This document shows, piece after piece, positions 1-12,260 of a stretch of DNA of 64,000 bases. Source of the DNA: Pseudovirgaria hyperparasitica. Its lineage: Eukaryota. Within the stretch, counting starts at the first letter, position 1, and the number at the start of each line of letters is the position of its first letter. The translations under genes and the position numbers were made by a program. The notes beneath the pieces are model-generated. The model was not told the origin of the DNA and ran no database searches. It saw only the letters and a program-made list of their open reading frames with translations. The stretch is taken from the NCBI GenBank assembly GCA_010093815.1, contig ML996581.1; one strand, given 5' to 3'.

Positions 1-996
1 GACCTGAAGTACGCCAGACCTATAGTGTTTAAAGCAATCTCGGTGACAGTAAGTGAAATCATATTCATTAGTCGAGGTTTATCACTTTAGCCTTATTCAC
101 TAGTGGGATTGTCTTGTGTAAAACAGAATGTCGTTCAGAATACGATTCGTAGTTGCCAGGGTTGATTGTAGGAGATCACCGGAGCTCATTGGTAGGACAG
201 CTTGGTCTCGCCCGTCTCTTGGGTTTGACAAGGCCAAGAAGCATAACAAACACGGACTGATCACGCGACGGTGGTTATAGGAGCTCTGGACCCCATACCA
301 AGGCTCGCGGCGCCACCTGTCCTCGGATTGCTAGATTGTGCATCTAATCAATCACCAAAGACTTGCTCGGATTTCACCACGTGAGGATACACATTCTTAG
401 CCAAAAAAGGAATGTATCAGAAAACATGCGTAGCGTCGTATATGTCAGCCTTGCAAAACACGTGGAAAGCAGGTGTTGGATGAAACATGATCCCCGCAAT
501 CAAAGTCCCCAATCGGCGGGAAACATTCCGACAGACCGAAACGCATGGATTCGCCTGTAATTTCCGTAGTTGCTCCACCAAACGGTCATCGCGGTAGTAC
601 AGCAGAGCGTAATGTTGGCGGATTTATAGTGTCGAGGGTAGCTTTTGTCGAAAGTGAATTACGCAGACCGCTTGTTAGGCGAGATCAGCTTACATCACCT
701 GATGCACTGACCTAGGCAAATCTGTTACCAGCGACCAGTAGCTGTTGCCGCCGTGTTGGTGGCCTGCAATTTAGTGCTCATGTCAGTGCTGCACAGCAAA
801 TAGGGCAAAGGACCTGTGACGATGCACCAAAGTTGTCCAGGGATGGGGCGAGGTGAAGTATCGTGAGTCGCCCAGCTACACAAACCCTGTTCGCTGTTCT
901 GCATAAGAAATGTATATAGTTGGGATGCTGGAAGTAGAAAATATCCGCTAGTTGGTTGACAGAACCTTCCGCAAATCATCACCGACGTCACTCAAG

Positions 997-2146
997 ATGC
1001 ATACTCCACACCAGACCCAGGACATATCGCAGGAGTTCCTGGAGTTTCGGGGATTCAAAGGCGTTACCAAAGTTCCCCTCAGCTACGATCACGACGGCTC
1101 TAAAGACATTCCGACAGTTCCAATTGTGGACTGTGCTGGAATCTTTTCTTCTGACTCTGACGAACGGAAATCGGTGGCAACGTCAGTCAGATCTGCGCTT
1201 CGCAGATACCAGACGTTGTATGCAAGCAACCATGGCATATCGGGAGACCTCCAGGAGTTGGTGAAGAACCATGGCAATACCTTCTTCAGTCAACCCATCG
1301 AAGAGAAAATGAAATACCACCAAGCCAAATCTCCAAGCGGAAAAAGAGGCTACCAATACATATCAGAAGGCAGAGAAGACGAGCCTGGAAGACACGGTTC
1401 GTGATAGCCCTTCTTCTATTCCAAATAAAATCGAGGATTGGGAGATGGTGATTGTGGCTGACCTAGGACCAATAGATTTCCGTGAGGCATTCAAGGCCAT
1501 GTTGGCTCCCGATACGAACGACAGTCGACTACAGCCTTCGAATCCATGGCCCGCGGACGTCCCTGGATTCCGTCAAAGCCTGGAGGAGTACAGTGTTCAG
1601 GTGAGGAGGTTTGTCGAGGCCTTTCTCCGGACTGTTGCTCTCGCCATGAATGCACCAGAAGACTTCTTTGCAGACAAGCACGGGAAAGAGCAAGGCTTAT
1701 GCCTCATCCGATATCCAAAGGCTGAAGGCTCCCAGAACGATGGACGTGCTGCGCACACAGATTACTCCAGTGAGTCATTGCCCTGCATTGCATGTATAAG
1801 GCTAATATCGATAGTAATCACTATCATTGACCAGCTCTCACCGGTCCAAGCTCTTGAGGCATTCGATGTGAAAAATGGTCGCTGGTTCAAGGTCCCACCT
1901 GTCCCTGGTACGCTGGTCATCAACGTTGGCGACTTCTTGGAACGCATGAGCAACAAGTTCTTCAGCAGCACCATCCACTGTGTACGCAACAACCCTGGAT
2001 CTGAACGTTATTCTTTGGTGTACTTCTTCGATGCAGATCCTGAAGCTGAGATAGAAGTCGCTGAAGCATGTGTCAGCCAAAAGAGGCCCTTACTGTTTGA
2101 TAAAGTGAAGGCGGGAGAATGGCAAAAAGGCTTGTACGAGCGCTGA
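997..2146 (+). CDS. 2-oxoglutarate/Fe(II)-dependent dioxygenase (isopenicillin N synthase/thymine dioxygenase-like; DIOX_N + 2OG-FeII_Oxy)
   Basis: ATG 997; introns 1397-1475 (GTTCGT..GCTGAC..TAG) and 1770-1814 (GTGAGT..GCTAAT..TAG). Motifs IPTVPIVD, NHGI, NPWP, HTD...H iron triad (AHTDY, STIH), VINVGDFLERMSN, RYS 2OG-binding motif. Confidence 0.9.
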
Positions 2147-2674
2147 GCGCTTAGTGATGAGTCCTGATGTCGATCGTCGGCCGGTTTCTTCTATTCTTTA
2201 CTTTGTTTTTCTACTATTGTTTGTAGGCTTCTTCACGGAAAGAGCCATGTGCTCCTTCGGCTCCTCTGTGAGGGCTGTAACGTGAGCCATTCTGCAATTA
2301 GCGATACCTGTAGGCTGGTTCCTGTTGGACCAGGCGTTGGAATATTGAATGAGGCTGCATGAGCGCGCGGAGTCTGCTCGTCTTGGGTGGTCATCTCTAC
2401 TATATTTTACGGATGGAATATAGTCTTTTATGACATTGACTGGTTACGATCATGTGAAGCTCGCGATTAGAATGCTCAGAATCAGATGAGCAGTCGCACG
2501 TGACGACGCTTGCTCGACGTGATAGACCGTCAATTAATTAGTCTCGACGCGGTCTTTGCTTCCCCACTTGGCATGGCGCATTTTCATGTTGAACCAAAAT
2601 CATTCTTTAGTTCTCTTCTCTACAATCACTTCTGATGCTCAAAGTCCACATAGTCGTGCAGTCTGTCTACGTTA

Positions 2675-5422
2675 ATGTTTCGCAATCCTCGTGAGAACGT
2701 CGCACGATTATTCGACGAGCGACTTGAGCCGTCCGTCGGAAGAGCACCCTCGCCACCACACACCACCCAACCTGCCTCCAAATCCTTCGCAGCTCGTACA
2801 CCAAAAGCGATGCCATATGTAGCAGTAGGGACTCTAACACAATCAAAGGCTACCCCGGGCTTTTCGACTTCCAAACTCAACCAGGCAACTTTAGTGCCAT
2901 TAAGTGCAAGCAAGAAGTCGTCAATCCCGGGTGGCAATTTCGGGAAGCTGAAGGCGAAGCCAAACGGAAACATCCTGACATTCTTCAAGAAGGCAGAGGA
3001 AGAGAACAACGCCTTGTTTGTGAAAGACAAGCGCTTAGTTGGGAGTGTCACGTCCCAGCAGGAGACTACACCGGAGTACGAGGAGGATGACTCGGCAGCA
3101 GATCATGACGTTTTGACGGAGGGCCGTTATAATGAAGAGGGTGGAAGCATAAAAAAGAGGAGGATAAGCGCAGACAAAGACGACTTCGTTCACGTCTCTC
3201 CACTAGTATCAGGAATTCGAAGTGATTCTGGACAAATTGAAGACACTGAACAATCATCTTTGCCTAGCGTACGGAATGGACCTTTTCTTGAAGACTCGGA
3301 CAGTGATAGTGAAGTTACCAATATGTTATATACGAGGAGACGACCAATCGTAACCGAACAGCAAGATTTCTCGACGAACGAGGTAGATGATCGACCGAAG
3401 ATCAAGTCTGAGGGAGCCGATGAGAAGAGTATTTCGGACACCATCTCTTCTGCTCCGTTCAACTTGAAACGGGAGGCGACGAGTGCACCTGCAGATGTGA
3501 CCTTGGATGCTTTCAACGAGTTTGACAACGCCAACGACGATTTCGAAGACGATGATTTCCTCGAAGGAGAGGAGAACGTTGAACGTAGGTGGATGGAGGA
3601 GCAACGACTTCTGGAATTGGCAGAAGATAATTATGAGAGAGATGAGAATCAGGAAGAACCACGCCCAGAGGTGCTGCCAGAGGTCCTATCCTCGGATTAT
3701 GATGCGGACGCTCCGACATGTCCTGTGTGTAGCGTTGGTATGGCCGGTGTCGCTGAAGAAGACATAACCATACATGTAAACAATTGTCTCGACGGAAACT
3801 CTACCTCCTTACCACAGAATACCATTTCCACGCGTCCTTCAGCTTCGACTGTAAAAGCAGAAAGCGGTCGCCAATTCCAACGTCCCGTACGACCAGCCAA
3901 ACCTGGCCAGGCAAATCCATTTACGCTAGCAGCTCCAGCACCGAAAGGGTCTACATCAGCATTTTCAAAATTGATGACAAGTCATACAGAAGATGCAGCG
4001 TGGGCAACCGCCGCTGCTGCAGAGAAGCAATCACGTGGGAAGCCTGCCTATCAAAGGACGTGCCCTTTCTACAAGATCATGCCGGGCTTCTTCATCTGTG
4101 TCGATGCATTTCGATATGGAGCAGTGAGCGAATGCCGAGCATATTTTCTGAGCCACTTCCACAGCGATCATTATATCGGACTGACCGCATCATGGTCGCA
4201 TGGCCCGATCTATTGCAGTAAAGTCACTGCAAATCTTGTCAAGCAACAACTCCGCGTTGACTCCAAATGGGTGGTACCCATTGAATTTGAGGAGAAGATC
4301 GAAGTGCCTGGGACGCAAGGTGCATTCGTGACTATGATACCTGCAAATCACTGTCCCGGAAGTTCACTCTTTCTTTTCGAAAAGGTGACCGGTAAAGGCA
4401 AGAATCCTAAGACTCAACGTGTGCTACACTGTGGGGACTTCCGAGCATGTCGGGCACATATTGAACATCCTTTACTACGGCCAGATATCATCGACATTCT
4501 TGGCAATAAGACCGGGCAGCAGAAGATCGATGCCTGTTACCTTGACACGACATATCTCAACCCAAAGTATGCATTTCCGCCACAAGAAGAGGTGATCAAA
4601 GCCTGTGCAGACATGTGTGTGAGTCTGAACAAAATGAAGCGCGACGATGAAGACGGATGGGAGCAAATGAAGCGAAAGCGTGCGGGACAGGGTATGGTCA
4701 AATTCGTACAAAAGAATGAAGATACCATCAAGACGGAACCTCTCGATAGCGAGAACGTGGATGCCATGGCTATCGGAACAAACAATGAAGGAAAGCCGAG
4801 GGGCCGTCTTCTAGTTGTGGTTGGCACGTACAGTATCGGCAAGGAGCGTATATGTTTGGGCATTGCAAGAGCACTCAAGAGCAAGATTTACGCACCACCT
4901 GGCAAACAGCGCATTTGTGCTGCCCTGGAAGATCCCGAACTCAACTCGCTTCTGACCAAAAATCCTCGCGAAGCCCAAGTTCACATGACGCCCCTGTTCG
5001 AAATCCGCGCCGAAACACTCGACGACTATCTTAAGGAGTACAGAGCAGAATTTAGTCGTGCGGTTGGCTTTCGTCCGTCAGGGTGGAACTACCGACCGCC
5101 AAACAACCGCTTCATTGCTAGTCCTTCAGTACAGTCAGTTCTGCATTCGTCGAACTGGAAGAGTAGCTATTCAATGAGCGAACTTGTCCCGCAGCGAGGC
5201 AGCACCAGTCGCGCAAGCTGCTTTGGAGTGCCGTACAGTGAACACAGTAGCTTCCGAGAGCTGACCATGTTTTGCTGCGCGCTGCGTATCGACAAAATCA
5301 TTCCTACGGTCAACATCGGTAGCCCAAAGAGCAGAGAAACCATGAAGACGTGGTGCGAACGATGGGCGACAGAGAAGAAGAAAAATGGTCTATTCAAGCC
5401 CGACGGCGAGAGTGGCTGGTGA
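2675..5422 (+). CDS. PSO2: DNA interstrand cross-link repair nuclease Pso2/Snm1 (metallo-beta-lactamase/beta-CASP) with UBZ-type zinc finger
   Basis: Intronless 915-aa ORF; CPFYK, VDAFRYG, FLSHFHSDHY, ANHCPGS, LHCGDFR, YLDTTY, VPYSEHSSF, IIPTVN motifs; CPVC...HVNNC finger. The true start could be the later ATG near 2810. Confidence 0.95.
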   Translation: MFRNPRENVARLFDERLEPSVGRAPSPPHTTQPASKSFAARTPKAMPYVAVGTLTQSKATPGFSTSKLNQATLVPLSASKKSSIPGGNFGKLKAKPNGNILTFFKKAEEENNALFVKDKRLVGSVTSQQETTPEYEEDDSAADHDVLTEGRYNEEGGSIKKRRISADKDDFVHVSPLVSGIRSDSGQIEDTEQSSLPSVRNGPFLEDSDSDSEVTNMLYTRRRPIVTEQQDFSTNEVDDRPKIKSEGADEKSISDTISSAPFNLKREATSAPADVTLDAFNEFDNANDDFEDDDFLEGEENVERRWMEEQRLLELAEDNYERDENQEEPRPEVLPEVLSSDYDADAPTCPVCSVGMAGVAEEDITIHVNNCLDGNSTSLPQNTISTRPSASTVKAESGRQFQRPVRPAKPGQANPFTLAAPAPKGSTSAFSKLMTSHTEDAAWATAAAAEKQSRGKPAYQRTCPFYKIMPGFFICVDAFRYGAVSECRAYFLSHFHSDHYIGLTASWSHGPIYCSKVTANLVKQQLRVDSKWVVPIEFEEKIEVPGTQGAFVTMIPANHCPGSSLFLFEKVTGKGKNPKTQRVLHCGDFRACRAHIEHPLLRPDIIDILGNKTGQQKIDACYLDTTYLNPKYAFPPQEEVIKACADMCVSLNKMKRDDEDGWEQMKRKRAGQGMVKFVQKNEDTIKTEPLDSENVDAMAIGTNNEGKPRGRLLVVVGTYSIGKERICLGIARALKSKIYAPPGKQRICAALEDPELNSLLTKNPREAQVHMTPLFEIRAETLDDYLKEYRAEFSRAVGFRPSGWNYRPPNNRFIASPSVQSVLHSSNWKSSYSMSELVPQRGSTSRASCFGVPYSEHSSFRELTMFCCALRIDKIIPTVNIGSPKSRETMKTWCERWATEKKKNGLFKPDGESGW

Positions 5423-7040
5423 TGTTCGGCTCTTCTTCACTGGTCGGATAACTATAGACTCCCATCCACCATACACTCTTGTACATATGTCCATGTGTAT
5501 ATATTTGGCGACCGAATGGTCAGAATCTCGATGAAGAGCATCCTCATGATCAGGAACCTTTCTCAAAATCCTCCGGTCGACTAACCGTCATTCGTCTGTC
5601 ACCCCTGCGTGCGCGGCCCATTCCGCTACATCCTGGACAAAGAAGTGTACCAGAACTACGCAAGAGGAGATCCCGCAAAAGCTCCCCGCAGAATTTGCTG
5701 TTATCTTGGGTCCGAAAAGGTAGCCTTCTATTTAGGACTCGGCTCGCGTGGCGAGACTCCCTCTGGGGCTGATGATCTGTTGATCACTAGTCAACCTCAC
5801 CTCATCATGATCTTGTTCAAATCCGATTGTACATGCATGCATGGGCTATGCATGTAGTCCGCTTGATGTACGGTGTCCGGTCAGCTACAGCAGCGAGTAG
5901 TGTTCTAGACGCGCCACTTTCTGCACCGCTCGATTCGGATGCCTTGTTCGTATATGGCACCAATCGCAAACCCGGTCTTTCGCAGTTGCCACTTGCTGTG
6001 TGTTGTCTGGACTGTAAGTATGTAAGTGTAAGTGATTGATTGATTGCCTGCCTGCCTACTGCTGCTGCGCCTCTATTGTAGGACGTAATCGCGGCCACGC
6101 CTCTGATGAGTTGACCGACCCCTACCCCCCCTCCTTTGCATTATATGTATTATATGCGCGACAGCGTCAGGTGAACAGATGACGTGACTGCGGTGCGTTG
6201 TCCCATGTATGTGATGGCGCGCATGCTATTTGGTTGTTAGATTGGATGCCATATCGTGGAATCATCATTCTGGAACTTGGGCTGTTGGAGGTATGTATGT
6301 ATGTATAGCGTAGATGGTTTTATCTCCATACAAATATATGCACATATAAAGATATGAGAACATATGTGTATCGGATCTGTGATACTGTCTGTACACGCAG
6401 ACCCAAGGATATGGGACGACAGCAAATGGTGAAACGCGGGGGAGCTCATGCGTTGCTGCACGACCGACCGTGCCCGGAGCGATGCGGCTCGTGACGCAAC
6501 AATGTTGCGGATATGATGCAGTGCGAGCAACGAGCAAATGTATGAGTGGTACTGTGCGACTGTGGATTTAGATCGTAGTGCGACGACTGCAAGAGATTGA
6601 GAGATGGAAAAGAAGCCCTGGTCAAAGAACATACGATGGTGGCATTGGGTAATCAGCGCAACCCAGGCAAGCATCGCTGTCTGAGCACAAACGGAGTTCG
6701 ACTGTGTTCATATTCACAGTCGCACGCATGATGATAGCTTTGATGGAGATTCTTATTAGCAATCTTAAAGCAGCACTCCTATGCAATGCCTTTCGGTGTC
6801 GAATAACGACAAGATATTTGAATACACACACGAATGTTTGTCGCCAATCGCGCCCCGCTCCTTTCGTAGCGTCCGTTTCGGCCATGAAAGACTGACATTG
6901 AAAATCACCAAAGCGAGCCGTATTCCGGCTGACTTGATGATTATGTCAAACAATTAAACGTTGAAACAACCCCACACCATTAATACCCATAAAAGTACCT
7001 ATAAACTCAAATCGCTGTGCTGCTCCCCCTTAACAGTAAA

Positions 7041-7769
7041 TTACTGGAGGTAAGCAAGAGCGACGATAGCACCCAAGACAAGAGCGGCGGGGCTCTTGAG
7101 GTTGACTGCGGCGCCGGTGTCAGTAGGAGCTGACGGACCAGTACCGGTAGTTTGGCCAGGGTTCGTGGGTGATCCGGCGCTGGAGGGAGATGGAGTTGCC
7201 GATGTGATCATGGTAGAGTTGTTATGGGTGGGTGATGGGGTGGTGATGGGAGTAGTGACAACAGCGCTGCTGTGAACAGTCGATGATGCGATGGACGAAG
7301 GAGTTGGAGTTGGAGTCGAAGAAGGCGCATCGGATGAGCTCGACTCTGGTTGTTCGCCGGAGCCACCAGACAGAGCGATCTTGCCAGTGTAGTTGATCTG
7401 ATCACCTTGAGTGATTTGGAGGGCGTAATCGGCAGAGTTGAAAAGGTCACCAGCGACGGTCCACTGGTAGGTACCACCGGTTGCGGATGCTGTATATGAA
7501 GTCAGCGAAACGTGTACGATATGTCTTGTGTGGTGTAGTCATAGGGACTTACAAGTCAGAGTAGCAATGGTGTTAAGGTTGCCCGAGTCACCCTCGCGAA
7601 GAGTGATGGTCACTGGCTCATCGATCTCAGGCGCAACGTAGGTGAGAGTGTAGGTCTGCCCGGCCTCGACCTCATTGGGGACACCAGTGAGAATCAGAGT
7701 GTTGGACTGAGCGGCAACGAAGGAGACGAGAGCCGTGGCGCCGACAAGCAGACTGCTGAGGAAGTGCAT
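7041..7769 (-). CDS. Secreted Ser/Thr-rich GPI-anchored cell wall protein (Kre9/Knh1-like N-terminal domain)
   Basis: Signal peptide MHFLSSLLVGATALVSFVAAQ; intron 7490-7552 (GTAAGT..CTGAC..CAG); exon 2 reads SSATGGTYQWTV..DYALQITQGDQINYTG, then a S/T-rich stalk and hydrophobic GPI signal ending ..VLGAIVALAYLQ*. Confidence 0.88.
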
Positions 7770-9227
7770 TTTGGGATATATGGCTTGAAGAAGCTGTAAT
7801 GTGGAGGTAGATGATTGTTGATTAAAGAGTTAATTGGAAGTAGCGATCCAAGTGGTGTACTTGTGGATTAAAGAGAGTGGACTGAGCGAAGAAGTCTACA
7901 AGTGATTCAAGGCCGCAGGTTAAAAAGAACGACAGTGGAGTTGGTAGGGAGGGCGATCGGCGGCGATTTTGTTACCGTGGGAAATGAATCCGCAACGGAG
8001 TTGGGATAGTGGATAGTGCCCAGGCAGGGGTCGCTTGGGCCATCAAGCCACTAACTGGGGGCGTCGTGAGCGTGCGAGGGTTAGTTCAGGCACCCTGCCA
8101 ATCAGCGCGAGGCTCCTCCAGCTTCTAATCCCCGTCTGGAGTAGGATAGCGAAATTCAATTGATTACAACGCCAATCACTCACAGCCTCTTAAGCCAGAT
8201 CCAGTCTCATGCGTGATTTGAGGAGTTTTTGGTGCGAGCAATCCCGGCCTTATCATTTTCGCTCGTTCGTGTGTTGGTGCAGCCCTTTGAGAAGGGGTGG
8301 CCTGGGTGGGATTCGGTGCTTGCCAAAGTCCAAGAATTTGCACTGTCAGTCTCGAGGCAAATTGTCACTTCCAAGACCACTAAGACGCGGAAAGTCGCTC
8401 AATATTCACGGCTTAAGAGCAAGGCTATTACCATCCACTGTCAGTGTAGAATCATGGTAATTTCTGCAGCAGGGCCAATTTATCGGTGCCGCGCGACGTA
8501 AGCACTGGGCTGCTTCCAGGACGTTCTTGACGAGCTTTTGCCGCCCCATTGCACGCAAGGCAGCCTCGACGCAGCGGCCTATATCCCCCAGATTTTCGTG
8601 GATTAGACCCGTCAACATCCGGCTGAAAAGGGGACATACAGCCGTTGCATGTGGATATGCGCCTTGGACGGTCTCTGGACTGTGCAGTGTGTGGCGTCTG
8701 CTATAATTGGACGGGGGAAATTGCTGCACCATGTACAAGCCTTACAGTAATAAGTAAGGCCTCATGGAAACTATGGGTAGCTACAACTCAACATGGCGTT
8801 TCCGTATATTGTGTCATTCAGTTACAGCGGGGCGAGCGAGGCGCATTGGGGCGCAACAAACTGTGTCTCTCCGTTTTGCTGCTTCTCTGCTTGTGACTAC
8901 GCGACTTAGCTGCAGAGTACAGAGAACGAGACAGCCAAAGTTCTATTAGAAGCCATAATTACGCGCCCTTCTGTAGTATCTGTACAGAGTACCCGCCCAA
9001 GACATCGAGCCTCGCAGCGTAGTGCACATCGCAATATCTTGTCCATCTGAAGATCGCAGTTTGACAACAAACAGACATGACTTACAGATTGCGTGATGCT
9101 GGTCGTTGAGAACACAACAAATCAGGAGTTCATATCATGTTTAGGATGAAGCGCCTTCAAGATCACCAGGCCATGCAATATTTAAGGCTAAAAAGGGTAT
9201 CAGAATAACTCGCTCCACCAGTGTTCA

Positions 9228-11389
9228 TCACGTCTTCCCATCTGTGCCATTGACCGTCCCAGAACTGTCCATTCGACTGACAAGCTTCTTCACACCTGTC
9301 CATTCTTCCTTTCTTACATTGTCAAGACCTCCAAGATCTGCACCTACTTCAAACACCGTCACCACTCCATCCAAGCCGCCTACGGCAATTCTCTTGCCTT
9401 CGTTGCGCTCCCATGCGAGCTTGTTGAGACTCCGTTGGCCGAAGCTGAGGCCACGCTTATCGCTCGGACTTGCTTTTGCTAGTGGGACTTCAATGTCTAC
9501 ATTTATGTCCCAGACCTCGAGGTTACCGCCTCCGTCCACAAGACCGAAAACTCCAGGCTTGACAGGCGACCACTTAGCATCGTAGACCAAATCCTCACGC
9601 ACAAAGTCCAGTAAGGGGCTAACGACCTGACCCGTACCGATCACACTCGTGGTGCTGGCCGCTGCTGGTGGACGCACTTTCCAGATCTTCACGCTCCAGT
9701 CCAAACTTGAACTGAGCACCAGGTCACCCAGATCAATTATTCCACGAGATGGGTGGAAATCGAGGGACATGACGGGCGCTGCGTGCCCACGATACGCTAC
9801 CCTTGTGTCGACTCCAGCCTTTGCACCTGCGCGGTCGTACCTGTGACAAGGGTATATGGTACCTTCTTCTGAGCCCGCCAGAAAGTAAGTCGGATCGGAC
9901 TGCGGGAATGCCATGCATGTCGGTGCCATGTCTTCTGTCTTCGCTGGCGGTGGCGTGGTGAGCTCGAGCGACTCTTGTGGTTTGGTCAACATATCTACGC
10001 CCCAGCCACAGACAACGCCGTCTGTAGAGCAAGAGATGATATTGTTCGCATTTTGTGTTCCGACGATATCAACAGAGTAGATTGGATGCGTATGCCCTGA
10101 TCCCGTCAGAGGTGTCTTCTGAGCAGGCGCCCCTTTTTGCCGCGTGTCCCACAGGAGTACTTGGCCACTATAAGCTCCTCCAATGATCAAATTCGGATGG
10201 AAGGGAGAGAACTTCGCACACAGAATATCCGACTGGGCATGGAAGACATATTCCGGTCGGTCATGCATATGAAGGTTCCACACCTGGATCAGACCGTCTG
10301 GATCATGAGGAGCCGACGGATTCTTTGTATAAGATGCCAGCACAAGTTCCGGGAATTTGGGTGAGAAGCTTAAATCACTAATCACACGCTTCTTACTCCA
10401 TCTCTCGTCCCAAAATTGAGCTATCTCGCGTACTCTCCGTCCCTTCTTGCCTCTGGTTGCGCCAGGCTCATCATCGTCCTCGTCAGCAGCCTGCGGTCCA
10501 CCCAAAGAATAGTCTGCAAGCAAATCATATTGCTCATCCAGAGCCCTTTCAATGACCTTCGTAGACTTTTCCACAAAATCTTGGAATTCATCGGAGGCGT
10601 TGACGGCAACAAGTTCGTCATCGGTCAACGCACGTGCCGGAAATTTAGACGTGCTGCTTTCGTTCTGAAGCCCGCTCTCAGCCTCTGAGAGTTGCAAAGC
10701 TTTCAACTCTTCCTCAATCTCTTTCTTTAGATTTTGCCTGATCTCCTCTTCGTAACTCTCACGTTCTCTTCGGCTTAGCCTTTTGCTTGAGCGCGGTGAT
10801 TTCATCCGACTGGGTGACTGCTCGCCATCCGATCCAGTCTGCGATTCTCGGCGTCTGGCTGGCGACCAACTATCCGAGGTTTGAACACCCTTGCTATAGG
10901 TTATACGCTCTGGCTGTGGGTCCGTTGTGATTTCGTAGACTGTCGTCAACGGCGCAAATGTAAGGTTGGGTGGAGGCTTGGTAGGGCTTATTTGTGACTG
11001 TGCTGCAGCATTATGCGTAGAGGGAGGACTTGAAGGTTCGTGCTGATCGGAACTGAACTGCCCTGCACTGACAACAGAGGTCGGGCGGCTTCCTCTACCT
11101 GCTGGTGAGCCGGGTCCTGTGGAACCTGGTCTACTCTCTCCGACTAGACTTGATATGAGAGTATCTAGCTCTTTTCGACTTCCTGCTCGGCTTGGTGTGG
11201 GCTGTATCAACTGTGATAAAAGTCAGTGCCGAGATCTGAGTTCAGGGTAACATGTGGACTTCCTACGTCTTCAGTACCCCCGATACTTTGCCTGGAAGCT
11301 GAGAGCTCCTTCTGCCGATTCTCACGTTGCCGTTTCAGCTCCGCAAGCCTCGCTCTTTTAGCTTCTATCTCGGCTTTGCGTTGCTCCAT
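9228..11389 (-). CDS. PAC11: Cytoplasmic dynein intermediate chain (WD40; Pac11/NudI orthologue)
   Basis: N-terminal coiled coil MEQRKAEIEAKRARLAELKRQRE; intron 11211-11266; light-chain-binding TYSKGVQT; WD40 region SPKFPELVLASY, FSPFHPNLI, GHTHPIYS, SSSLDWSVKIW. Confidence 0.95.
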
Positions 11390-11826
11390 GTTATATTGCT
11401 TAACACGGTTGGCAGGCTTCAAGAAGATGCACGTTCAACCAGGCCTTGCCCGTGGATATCGGTGATAGGTGGGCAATCCGAATGACCTTCAAGGTAGGAG
11501 CGTACTCAGTGAAGTATGCATACAGGGACGATACAAATGCAAACGCATCGAGTTCATTCTGAGAATGATGTTGAACTCCGCCAAAAGTTCCTGGCTCCTG
11601 GCACTAGAGCTTAGTAAGGTACTTTTGACAAGCTCGGTCCGTGCAACATTGGCCTCTCGACTTCTTCAAAGCCTTGGACACCACCTCCATACCGCCGAAT
11701 ACTCCATCACTGCCATCTGCGCTGTAGTACTCGACTTTCGCAGCGCAAGTCTATCTCCTAGTCGCCCATTGATTGATTGTTGGCGCTATCACATCCACTC
11801 CTGTCATTAGTTACCGGCCAGCGAAG

Positions 11827-12260
11827 ATGGTTTCTGCTGGTGTCAATGTAAGCTCTTTTATGGCCAATTGAGACTCGTCGTCTATGATTTGCCTTTCAGC
11901 GTGCTATTCGAATATTCATCCTTAAATGTTTTCTAATATACAATTGTTTAGGTGCTTCGGTGGTCTGCCCTAGGAGTCGGTATCTTCTACGGTTTCTCTC
12001 ATCAACGATCAATCACTGCTTCTGACAAAGCGCACGAGGCCAAAGCAGAATGGGATCGAAAACAAAGCTTAATTACGAGGGCGAAGCAAGAATATCAGAA
12101 ACAAACACAACCGCAGAGCTTTCAATCGCAGACTGCAGGTAGGAAGATCCAAAAAAGGAGTTGAAGTGAGAGCACTAACAATGCAGCAGGCAAAGCAGAT
12201 CTTAATGACCCAAACGTCGACCTAGACACTCTCATTACCTATGGTGAAGGCAGCAAATAA
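11827..12260 (+). CDS. ATP21: Mitochondrial F1Fo ATP synthase subunit e
   Basis: Exon 1 MVSAGVN (11827-11847), intron 11848-11951, exon 2 VLRWSALGVGIFYGFSHQ (GxxxG TM) plus coiled coil, intron from 12139 to about 12189, exon 3 ..DLNDPNVDLDTLITYGEGSK*. Confidence 0.9.

Noticed and set aside
5479..6950. Several 60-145 aa ORFs and box C/D-like words between PSO2 and the GPI gene
   Set aside because: No recognisable domains, no consistent splice model and no convincing snoRNA or telomerase-RNA template; treated as intergenic/UTR.
8970..8985. GTAGTATCTGT resembling the U2 snRNA branch-pairing region
   Set aside because: The surrounding conserved U2 sequence is absent.
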